A stretch of 33,187 nt of DNA from Streblomastix strix (lineage: Eukaryota), in the NCBI GenBank assembly GCA_008636045.1, contig SNRW01000061.1, positions 1 to 33,187 of the forward strand, in the 5' to 3' direction. Of this stretch, positions 21,390 through 33,187 are shown one piece after another (position 1 is the first letter of the stretch; each line of letters starts with the position of its first letter). Under the pieces are notes generated by a model. It was not told where the DNA came from, did not search any database, and worked only from the letters and a program-made list of their open reading frames with translations. Made by a program: the position numbers and the translations under genes.

Positions 21390-24150
21390 TTCATATCTTA
21401 TGGTTTCCATCAATCAACAATATTGCATATAATTCCATCTCTAAATGAATTGAAATGACCGATAATTACATCATCAACTGGTGATATTGATGCTATTATT
21501 GTATCTTTCTTTGCATTTGTCATTGGTATATCTCTTGGATTAAACTAACTTATATCTCTAGTCAAAAAGAATGTGAATAAATTATTGTAAAAATGAGCAT
21601 CAAATCCATTGCATAAGTTAGTAAAATACTATAAATCTCCAAGATGAACTGGATTGCATTCGCATAAAACATAGCGTCTATCGCTATTCTCAATCTTCAA
21701 TGGATAAATATTATTTGTAACAATAATTAGATTCACTATATTTTATACATCTTGCTTAGGAACATATTTATCATATATCACAAATGAATCTTCAGTAATT
21801 ATTGATTTCAATGCATCCATATTTGACATTCTTAATTCTTCAAAGTTCATCATTTCATTCGCAATTGATAACAACTTATTCTCAATAGCTATATTGAATT
21901 TACCTACAAAATCATCGATACCAGTAATATTTTTAGATGAATATCCTACTAATAATTCACATAAAACTTTAGTAAAAACATTCTTACCTATTCCTTATAA
22001 TCCTTTAAGGATAATAGCTATTTCAGTCTTCTTTCCAACATTCTGCACAATGATTGTAAACTAATTCAATAAATATTCATAAACTCGTTCATCATTTGCT
22101 GAGATTATATCTTTCATTAACGCTAGGAATTATTCTATTTTTGTCTAATTCACTTTATCTAGTTGAATATGTTTGAACCCTTAGAATGCATTGAATATCT
22201 TTTGATTATCACAAATAAATTTTATACCTAATTTCTCGAATAGTGAATGATATTGTTCTAATGTATCAATTCCAGTTATATGTTTCTTTCCATCATCCCA
22301 CAATCTAATTGAACGTAATTAATCATATATCGCTGACTTACTCTTATAATTTATTACATTTTTTGCAACGAGACAATTGTACTTTTTAATGATGTAACAC
22401 TAACCATTCTAATAAGGTATAATCCTTATTATTTTAACAAATCTTATGCAATTAGCTCAAATTTATTCTAACATTTTCCATTTAATGCTTTGTTAGAAAC
22501 GTCCGTTAATGTGAAGGAATCTATCACATCAATCTCATTCTTCTCAATTGATTTCACAGCTGTTTCTATCTTCAATTATTTCTTTGATTCATATGATTTA
22601 ATCGTCAAAGGTTTAAGTATAGATATATAGTAATCTTTATTACGTAATTTAATGATTTTTATTAATATTCATGCATTAGCTTTATTGGAATAACGTCTTT
22701 TCCTATCATTCTAATGTTCACTTGCCTTAGTTGTTAAATTATTATTTGCATAAAAAGTTGAATATATTAATTCTTTATATTGCTCACCTAAATGTTGTAA
22801 TCCATTAAGTCCAATGAATAAAGATAGTAAGCTAATTTCTCGTTCTAATGTGTTTGTATCATTGTGGATTTATACTCCTTTTACCGTTTCAATACATGCA
22901 TCTGCCATATCTTTAGGCATTTGGTCAAGAGTGCAATCATCATTAATTATGCTAAAATCCTTATCTTTTGCAGTTAAATCAACGTTCCATTAACCAAGAA
23001 TATCAAATAATAAAACTGGATAAGTTGCGTTAGACAAATCATTAAGTTCTTTATAATGAAGTATTTCCTTCTTTTGAACTTCTTTATCCATAATTCTAAC
23101 TTTGGATTCAGGTAACACAACTCAATTTTCAACTAATTTATCATCTTTATGCGTGTACATTTATGCAAATATATCAATCTCTAAACTATCTTCATATGTT
23201 ACTATTTTTTCATTTTTGTTTGAAGGTAATTTGTATCTATTTCTGTTACAATATGCGTATATGCCACCTCTTGCAGTTAGCACTAACCTAACATTAGATG
23301 GAAGCATATTATTGATAATATTTTAACGAATTTTCTCTTTCTCTTCGTCGTTTAATTTACCTGCATGATCAATATCAAAATCAATAATACATAAATCATT
23401 ATCTTTACATAAACATAAGTCAATTGCATGTCCAGTTAACAATCTATTTTTCAATTTATCTTCAGAAAATTTCCGATATTCATATAAATCAATTACTGCA
23501 CCTTCAATTCTTTCTTTAATTGTTTTAGATTATACTTACTCTCTAGATGCATCAAATGCATCACTATTCATCTTGCTGAATTATTCATATTCACTTATTG
23601 GATTCTCTCGTTCTTCTCACATCAATTTCAAACGAGCTATTTTTGTTGCAATTCTCTTCTTATCTTCTTCGCTAGTTAGTTCATTAATAACTTCATTAGC
23701 TCTTTTATCAAATTCCTCTTTATTTTTCTACTTTGATTCTTACTCATCTTCTTCTCTCCATTATTTTTCTAATCTATATGTTTCTTATTATTTCACAAGT
23801 CTTATTTCCTAATCTCCTTCAGCATTACGTAGATCATGTAGGATATTTTCATGTTTCTCTTTGTTTGTTTGTTCAATTTTAGGTTCATTAATGGTCTCAT
23901 TAATTAACGATGCGTCCACCACTTCATTAACGATTTCACTTGTGATTTCTTTATCTTTATCATTATCTTTTTTATTTTCTTTATTCATCATTTATTCTAC
24001 CAATGCTTTTGTTTTCTCATTTACTTTTGATTTACAATTATATGGTCTCTTCACTCCTTTTGCAATTGATATTTGTTTAACGTTTGTTGGTTAGTTCAAG
24101 ATTGATTAAAAGAATTTACTGTCTTCGATTTCAATTTCCAGTTAAGCCAT
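21390..24150 (-). pseudogene. Mirror copy of AEP primase-SF3 helicase
   Basis: Reverse complement of 9038..11798. Confidence 0.88.
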
Positions 24151-24319
24151 TTTGGTTTACAATTAAAATATTTGTGTTAGTTGATAAAAATAATTGTATT
24201 TAGAATAATCAGAAGAAATTATTTAGCGACCGACCAACAATCATTTTGGCATTTTTTGAGAGTCCAACCCTGCATAGTTCACAGATATAGATAATCAATC
24301 TCATTTGCACATATGCATC

Positions 24320-24367
24320 ATTCGCTTCATTAATCACTTCTTCAATCACTTCATCAATCACTTCATC
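24320..24367 (-). repeat. Mirror of the 12-bp tandem repeat
   Basis: Reverse complement of 8821..8868. Confidence 0.7.
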
Positions 24368-25628
24368 AATCAATACATCAATTTCATCGCTAACTCATTT
24401 ATCATCATCGATCAGTAGGTCGAGCCTACTTATTCAATTTCAATAGTAAAACTAAGTTCGATATATTTGTTAACCATTCATTAATCATTCATTAACCCAC
24501 ACGCAAATCATGTAATACGCAAATCATTGGATTTGGGTTTGTAGTTATTATAAATGAACGCTGCGTAAACATAGAAAAATGACATCACTTTGTTCTAGGA
24601 CCAATCACAAAATTGACCCAATTATTCATGTTTAACATTGTTTATATTATTAAACCAAGCATTAATCAGGCATATTGATTTAGCATTCATCTTCAACAGC
24701 GCATCTCATTCATACAATCATTCTGCTATATCAATAATCTCCACATTTCAACTAATTATTTTGATCATTCAAAGTATGTTTTGAAACTAATATCAAACAA
24801 TAACACACCACATTCAAGAATCTTAATAATTTACAACATATATAGCATGATTGCTATTCATTAATGTTGACATGTTTGTGGCCTAGGCAAATTGTGTTAG
24901 TTTTATATGTGAGGGCAGCTTCCATTTATACTAACTACTTACAAAATTATACAATAATATTCAACGTTTACTAATCAATAATGGAGTTAATACAAATTTT
25001 AAATAAAAATACTTATTTTCGAGATTTTTGAAAGTGTTACTTTTTAAATGATTTTATATGAATATTTATCATGGTAATATATATAGTAAATATATATAGT
25101 TAATATATAAATCATACGAATAAATAAAAAATTATTAAGAAAATTAAAGATACTAAATAAAATTTATATGAACCATAAAATAATTCAAATAGTTAAAATT
25201 TTTTAATAATAATTCAATTACATTCGTTTTTATTTTATTTTCATCAACTAATCATTTCACATATATTCATATATAAAACGTAATAATGCTCTATTCACAC
25301 CTGTCTGTAAGGATATTTGATAGACTTAATTACCTCCTTGTATGGAGAATTTGATCCAAAATGAATGATATGGTATTATGGTGCTATGACAGATGGTTTT
25401 TGCAACCCTCTTCAGATCTGTCCCATCCCGTCCCATGCCCTATATAGAGTTTTATATAATATTCTCTACGATTCTAACACACTATCACTAATATGTGCAC
25501 TATTATGGTTCAAATTTGAAAGTTAATCTTTGGATTGATGCATTAAAGTATTGTTATTATTACTATTCATTAATCAACATCATTAATCATACCATTAACG
25601 CAAACAATAATTCAAAATTAAATCATAT

Positions 25629-26044
25629 TCATTGATTATAACGATCAATTATCTCACTAATATGAAGTTAATCCTTTACATTAGATATGATAATTTTCTG
25701 AAGACGTCGAATCAAAATTATATATAAATTGTTAGCTTATGGTAGAAATTCTTGTCATAGAATTCTATATCGTTATTGGGTAAGGGAACGTTATTTTGCG
25801 GCTACTTTCTCGGCTTCTTCAGGGCTACTATATTTTTTTGGTCGACATCTAAATTCAATTTTCTCTTAATCTGATTTCTCCTTAACTGATTATACTAATG
25901 AAATAGAATTATTTATAGGAATATGATCAATTAACGGGGTTTGAAGTATTTAATCAGTAGGACTAGATTATTTTCAATCAATTACGGAACTGGTTTCTTC
26001 GATTGCTTTTTACGGATTTGTTATGTTTCACCGATTGGTTGCAT
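25629..26044 (-). pseudogene. Mirror copy of AT-hook-like protein A
   Basis: Reverse complement of 7144..7559. Confidence 0.63.
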
Positions 26045-26063
26045 TTGCTTCTTATAAAAAATC

Positions 26064-27398
26064 TCAATTATTTATATTAAATTAACTTATATAATTTGCT
26101 GGTAACGAATTTATATCATCACTAATGAATTTGCAATAATAATATATAGGTAACCCAATATCATTAATTTTATCAAATGAATTCAATAATTTACATATAA
26201 TATTACCATTTTTATAAGTAATGAATGAAATTAACTCATTGAATTAACGTCTTTACTTCAAAAATCTTATAAGTAATTTAGAGAAATCAGCGTGAATCAT
26301 TAATATATTTCCACTCTTGAAATTTAATAATTTCACTTGATATTGTCATAATATCACCTGTTCCAATTATGTTTATTTTTATAGTATGAATTTACCTTCT
26401 AATTTTCTATTACACTACACTTATTTAATAGTAAATTTGTTCATGAATGCGAGATGTGGTGCTTTATTATAAATATCTACCAATAATTTCATTTAACTTG
26501 GTGATGCAAATCCTTATAAATCTAATCTAAAACCATTTCGAATTGTACGAATGACACTATCAACTACTATATTGTGCTATGTAAAATGAGAATCAGTAAA
26601 GTAAAATGTAATTCTGTTATCATTTCAAAATTTCTTAATAAAATTTGATTTAAATCCACTTTCACCATTACCTCTTATGTTGTTAACATTTACCTATTTT
26701 ATGAATTTCGTTAATGCGTCTAGTATATATCTTGCATTCTTTTCATTTACAATTAGTGGAATCACAACAAAATATTTTGTATTAATGTTGATCGCAAACG
26801 TATAATACTATCTTCTTTGAGTTAAGGGATTGATATCGAATACAAGATCTATTTCCCACGATCCTAGTTCTGTAGGAAAGTATGGAAGTTGGAGTTTATT
26901 TCTGGGTTTCTATTTAAAATCTTTGATTTATCTTTGATTCATTATCTTTACTTAGTTAATCTTTTCATATTATTTGATCTTTGATTTGAATGAGAATATT
27001 GAAAGTGCTGTTGGATATTTACCAATTCTTTTAATTTGTTCAATAACCTGAGATCTGTTGGTATTATATCTTCTAATAGATCTAGCTCGTCTCAGTGGCG
27101 CATTATACTTTTATGCTTCAGTTTGATATATTTAGAACCATTCCAGAAGTGTCATACCACCTAGTTATATATCTTCCGCATGATTAATTATTGCGTTTTA
27201 TTCTGCTTTACTAAGAGTAATTCTCATATTGGATACGAACTCTGCAAACTTCATTATATAGTTATTTGAATTGGCTATTCGTATGAGTTACTGTTCCATA
27301 TTTAATGCTTCAAATTCAATTTATTAATCAGTTTATGCAAATCTTGCTAATCATAATTAGCAAATTTAATCTAATTCAGCTTATATAAATTTACTCAT
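26064..27398 (-). pseudogene. int: Mirror copy of integrase A
   Basis: Reverse complement of 5790..7124. Confidence 0.87.
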
Positions 27399-27598
27399 TT
27401 TCTATACAAAAATAATGTGATGGTCAATGGCAGATCTTACTCTAGCATGCAAATTTGATCGCTTCATCCCAAACAGCCTTAAGAATCTCATGCCACTAAA
27501 AATCGATCTTCTCAAGCTAAATCGCAATGAATTCTGTTGTGTTTGATGGTAATAACTCAAATATTGGTTACATTTCGTTAAATGTAAAAATAAATCAA

Positions 27599-27938
27599 TC
27601 ATTCATCAATCTTTTCAAATATTTCTTTCAATTCTTCTTTATAATTATTTCGTACATCATCATATTCCTCTAACACATTATGTAATCTATTTTATTATGT
27701 ATTTTCAATATTTAGATCAATTATTTCTTTCTTTATTTTTTTCTTCAATACTTTTTTTCATAGATTTATTATGATCAATCAAGTTCTCTGTTACATCTAA
27801 TTTATCTTAAAATCGTTGTAATCCATCTATTATATCTTACAATTTTATTTATAATTATAATAGTGCTCTATTTTCGTTCATTGATTCAATCTACCAACTA
27901 AGTTTTTCGATAGTATCTTTGTACCTTTATTAATTCAT
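27599..27938 (-). pseudogene. Mirror copy of small coiled-coil ORF
   Basis: Reverse complement of 5250..5589. Confidence 0.5.
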
Positions 27939-27966
27939 TTTCAATTAATTAGAAAAATAAATTGTA

Positions 27967-30900
27967 TCATTATTTTACGAAATATTTATCAGCACTAATG
28001 TTATAGGTGAAAAGCAAGCATGATTTATTAGATAATACCACCATTTTAGTACATGATCTAGCTATAGCATTTTTCTCCATCTTCAACCTGCTCATAGAAC
28101 CTTTTTACTAAGCTAATGTTGAGTTATTTGCAATAGTAATCTTATATTCTTTAACATTATTCACTAATGATTATTCATTAATTTATGGATTCTACTCCAA
28201 AATTACTCCGTTCAAAACAATCTCATCATTTATAATGTAATTTTTTGGAGATAATGCTGTACAATTATAGCCATATTTTTCTATACCAATATGTAATATC
28301 TATTTTTATCCACTATCGCAATATATACAATCCTTAAATTTATCATAGAACTATTAATCTTTAATAACTGCATCAAATAATTATTCAGACCACGATTTGA
28401 ATCTCCATTAATTGCCCATGTCAAACTATCCGTGTCTTCCTGTACAAAATGTATGATACTCATATCATATGCTTTACGCATGAAGTTATATATAAAATTA
28501 ACGTCCCAGAATTTAGCTGAATCTAACACAAAATAAGCAACTTATAAAGATGTTTTACAACTACAGTTTTGCTTGTTTACCAATACAGCGTATAAATCAT
28601 CATTTAATTCAGAAGAATAAATAAATCCACCCATCATATGTTGAACAAATGTCTTATTTGCTGAGAGCAGTTTAGTATTGGAGTACTTTTCATTATTCAA
28701 ACAATCATCACCGAAAGCTGAGTTCAGTATTAATTTACAAAATTATGCCAATCCTTCATTCTTATCATCTCTTACTTATTATATTATACTATTAAATTCC
28801 TTTACATACGAATTGAAATTAACTTGTTTTGAAATCGTTGTAACACTAACAATCTCATCAATGATAAAGTGACAAGTATCAAAAAGTAACCATAGATAGT
28901 TGTTGAAGCTCATTACTTCATAATTTGTATCAAATAGATTTGATAATTTACGCTCCACTTTGTCGTGTATAAGTTAATGATATACTAAGTGATTATACGT
29001 GAATTCACTAATTGTCTTTTTACTAATAGTTATTTCAATATTTCATAATATAGATGCCCAATTAATCACTTCATTAATGTCTCTTTCATCAGTACGACCA
29101 CGAACTTCAGCAACAAATAATAACATTTTATCAACAATCAATGCTTCATTAGAGAACCTGTTAGCATCTTATATTAACTATTAGCATCTATCTTAATCGA
29201 TTATTCTTTCTATCAGTTACGCACAAAAAAACCGTCTTATAAGTGTATGGGTTTAATGCGTGTGGTTCTCCACTCATTACACTCGCATATTAGTTGTGAA
29301 AATCAAGCAGCATAACATGCGTTTATACATAATCTTAATCAACTGAATAAACGTTTTTATTTTCCTTATCGAATTCAAATTGATTTATTCGAGTTTCACC
29401 AGCAATATTGTATCGATGCATTATTTATAATAAACCTACTGTGATACCTATACGTAATAGTTAATACCCATCATCACTAATCAACGTCATAGGTAACTAC
29501 TTAAATAGTGCATATTTCTTTAGTTGTATCATCAATCTCAATTAATTTACATCCCTATTAGCTTAAAATATATTGCAATATAAATAGCATGGAAGTACAT
29601 TATCTTTTAAATGACTCAACTTTTTATCTATTCGATCTAGTGTTCGTCTATTTTTCCATGTGAATCGTGCGTTACACATATGGCATCGTCAATTCTTGAA
29701 TATATCTTTAAAATAAAAATAACCATTAATAGAGACATTATTACTTGAATCTACACTCTTTTTGTTACCTTATTCATAATAGCTATCTACTTTAGCCCCC
29801 CAATAGTATTAAGTAATTTCTATTGATTTACCAGTTGATTCAGAATTGCAGTTACCCAAAATGTCAAAATCACTATAGCACATTAAATATTTGATCGCAT
29901 TAGAGCACTAAGCCATTGATATATTGGATAACATGTCCACTTTATATTTGATCATTAGATCGATCAAATAATCTATTGGTTCGATTAGAATTCCAGTATC
30001 TAATTTATTATAATGCATCAAATAATCCCATCTGTTAGCGAACTTCGCTGCTTCGATCAAATATGCTTAATACTTTGCTTCACTTAATTTCTTATTACGT
30101 AATTGATTATCAAATGCTTCGATAGGAAATGGTTCACTTTTATTCATTTCATCAATGTAATTATTATTATTTAAAAATTCATGAGGAAAACGACCTTTAT
30201 TATTATATCCTTTTCCAAAGTCTCTTACAGCATCTTTCAATTTATTTTGTATGGAGAATATCTTGAAATCGATGAATCTCAATTGAATGCTTAAACATTT
30301 ATGCTTCACTACTATCTATTTTGCAATTGTACTTGAACCTAAATAGTTCGAAATAGACCAATCTTTTGATTTCAAATTCTTGAACAGAAAACATGTATCC
30401 AATTTAGCTGAATTGAATCCAATTACAGGTACTTCATAATATTAAGGTATTGTTTCATCTTTGTATTTATTATCTTTCTTAACTAACTTTACTTTTTCGA
30501 ATAGCTACTCTAACCACTTATTTAAGAAATTAGGTATTCGAATATCATAATCGAATGGATGTATACCGCTCACTAATGTGACAGTTGATGCGATAGCGTA
30601 TGGAATTAATGTTGAATTCACTTATGAACTATCGCCAAATTTTTCATTAACTTTCTTCTCGAATGTTTTAATATAATATGTTATATAATATCTTATTGAC
30701 TTGAACAAATGAGTTAGATTATTCGCTAATAAATACTTGTAAGTCATGTTGGATAAAATATGTGAAACAAATGGCTTTGTAATTCTTTCCAATATAACCT
30801 TATTACTTATCTTTCCATTATTCCTTTAACATATTTTCATATGATTTCTCATTGATATTTATAGATTTGGATCACCTATTCAGAATGCTTACTTATGACA

Positions 30901-32463
30901 TATATTGCAATAGCGAAATCCAGTAAGTGCTTCAACATCAGATACATACATAATGTGAACGTAAATTCCATCATTATTGAATAGGATATTGAACTATTTG
31001 GTTGAATCATTAACAAGATAATTTTATGTTAACTCATAGTGTGATGGATCATTTTCTTATGTATACATATGAACATTAACTTATTCTTTATTAATAAAGT
31101 TATCAATATCATTATCAAAATTGAACCCTTTATAACTATCATGAAAATCTTCTCCCAGAACTCTTTGAAATATACACTTAGCTTCTGCATTTCTTGAACT
31201 ATCTTTGTATCGTTTTTACTTTGTATTAGGCATTGTGACGAGTGAATATGCAGTCCAAAAACATAAATTTATTGTACAATCTACATAATATATTTCTCTT
31301 CGTTTGATATATTGCTTTAATGATGGAATTGCTGCACCTGCTAGAGGGTAGCGAAATGCAAAGAACAATATTGAAAATATAGCTATTATCTTTTCATGGA
31401 TATCTGTGTTAGTTCTTTCATATATATTTACTAACTCTGTTCGAAGATATTATTTGTATGTGCTAATGTTATTCTATGATCGTATCTCCATTGGTGCTCT
31501 TCGTTTAGAGTTTGAATTAACTGGAAGCACATATTTGTACCATATTGTCTACTCTTATGCATTACCATCTACATATTTAATTATCAACCCAAATTCAACA
31601 GCTAGTTTAAACACATTTCCTTTCTCTTTTCTATATATTATATCTAATAGTTAATCTACATGTTCTAATGAAGATACATTATCATAATACTATTTGGTTG
31701 GTTTCTTTTAATTATTATCCCATTAGTTATATAAATTAAACTGTAGAGATGATGTATCTTTATTGAACCTAGATAATGCAAGATTCATAATTTTATTGAA
31801 TTATTCTTCATTCTATATATCACATAACATAATCACATCATTATCGGTACTAAGATGATGATACATATATTATTCATGAGTCTTAATGTAATCGATAATT
31901 TCATATTAGTCTGTTTCAAATAGTATTTCGATGTTTATTTCTTAAATATTATGAAATTCATCTAACAATTATGTTTATCTTTCCTATCTATCCTCCTATA
32001 ATTTTCTCTTACGTTCTTCCGTCTCTTATGCTCTTAATTAATGCTACTATTATCTATATCTATCAACATCAAATATTCCATCATCTAATAATTTTGGATC
32101 AAATTCTTCTTTTAATTCTTTTATGTCTTATTCCCGTTATTTTTATAATTACTTATATTCGATTTATAGTTATTATTCTCGTGTTAATCGTTAATGTTCT
32201 CGCTAATTGAACCACTCTCGAATACGTTATTGAATTACAGTTGCTGCATAGGTTTATCGCATAAATAATCTACGTGAAACTACTACATTGATCGCTTATT
32301 CCAAAGCTTTAACGTTACTACGTTAGCAATAGAATCCGATCTTTGTCAGTATAGAACTTAGCGCTAATCACTTCATATTATTACTCGCATTTATGTGTGT
32401 ATTTGGATCGTATAATTAGAGTAAACGATTAAAGTCTGCAATTGATATTTTCGTTCTAGTCAT
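27967..32463 (-). pseudogene. polB: Mirror copy of pPolB-A
   Basis: Reverse complement of 725..5221. Confidence 0.92.
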
Positions 32464-32504
32464 TTCGTTAATTCAAAAATAAATTATCATATGATTGTTC
32501 ATTT

Positions 32505-32882
32505 TCAATCCTATTATATCGCTCCTTATCTTCTTCTAGCTTCATTTATTGCTGCATGTGCAAATTAGTTATACAAACGATTGTATTCTGTAACAAATGT
32601 TTATTCATCTTCATTAATTTATATAAAATGTGCATATGCAATTTGTTTCTTGAATGCTGTTGCACCTTATTTTAATATATCATTATTTTCTCAATTTTAT
32701 TGAGGATCAATTATCTATAAGATTTTTTTTACATCTTCTCTCCACGTAACTTATGCAGCAGCCATATACTCTCCTCTTCCCCATTTTTCTATTTGATTTG
32801 TATCTCTAAATTCTTAAGCAATAGTAGGAATATAAGTAGCTAAGAAATGATTTCTTGGGGCAAATTATTAGAATTATTTCAT
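32505..32882 (-). pseudogene. Mirror copy of hypothetical ORF 306..683
   Basis: Reverse complement of 306..683. Confidence 0.45.
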
Positions 32883-33187
32883 TTTATAGGTGCCATTTTT
32901 ATGTTATGCTCCAACTAGAACAGCTTAACCTTGTATGAAATTGAAGAATTTTTTTTACGTTAACTTTTTGGTATACCAGCTATATTTTATTCTCGAAATT
33001 TTTCATATTAGAGATAGTGTATAAAATTTTTGGAACCTATGATTTTTCGTATGAATTTGCCCTCATTCGTCCACGCCAAATGACTATAAGCGTCAAAGCA
33101 TAAATTAACCATATTCACTAGTCAAATGTCATGGACGATTTTAGTTAAATATCCGCAACGGAGAGCTCTAATTTTATCCCGATAATT

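Larger units (their letters stand above)
16806..33187 (-). repeat. Right arm of window-spanning inverted repeat
   Basis: Reverse complement of 1..16382; identical mirrored ORF translations. Confidence 0.97.

Overview
The window is very AT-rich eukaryotic DNA that only reads sensibly in translation table 6 (TAA/TAG=Gln, TGA=stop), so the supplied ORF track is mostly fragments or antisense noise. It is one giant palindrome: 1..16382 is the reverse complement of 16806..33187 (position x pairs with 33188-x), around a 423-bp unique spacer. Only about 16.8 kb is unique. That portion holds two divergent, convergently oriented Polinton/Maverick-like elements. Element A (+, heavily decayed) carries a protein-primed DNA polymerase B, a small coiled-coil ORF, a retroviral-like integrase, an AT-hook-like ORF and an AEP primase/SF3 helicase, which is cut at 11799 by an AGTAGT-starting inverted-repeat unit. 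Element B (-) carries a pPolB truncated at the fold point, an uninterrupted 472-aa integrase and an intact AT-hook protein; the latter two genes are bracketed by inverted copies of a ~115-130 bp motif. Both integrases have Asp where the DDE glutamate is expected. I recognised no capsid, packaging ATPase or adenain protease gene. The palindrome folds in the middle of a gene and mirrors the lesions, so an amplification or assembly fold-back is more likely than a functional hairpin telomere. All translations were done by hand and no database searches were run.
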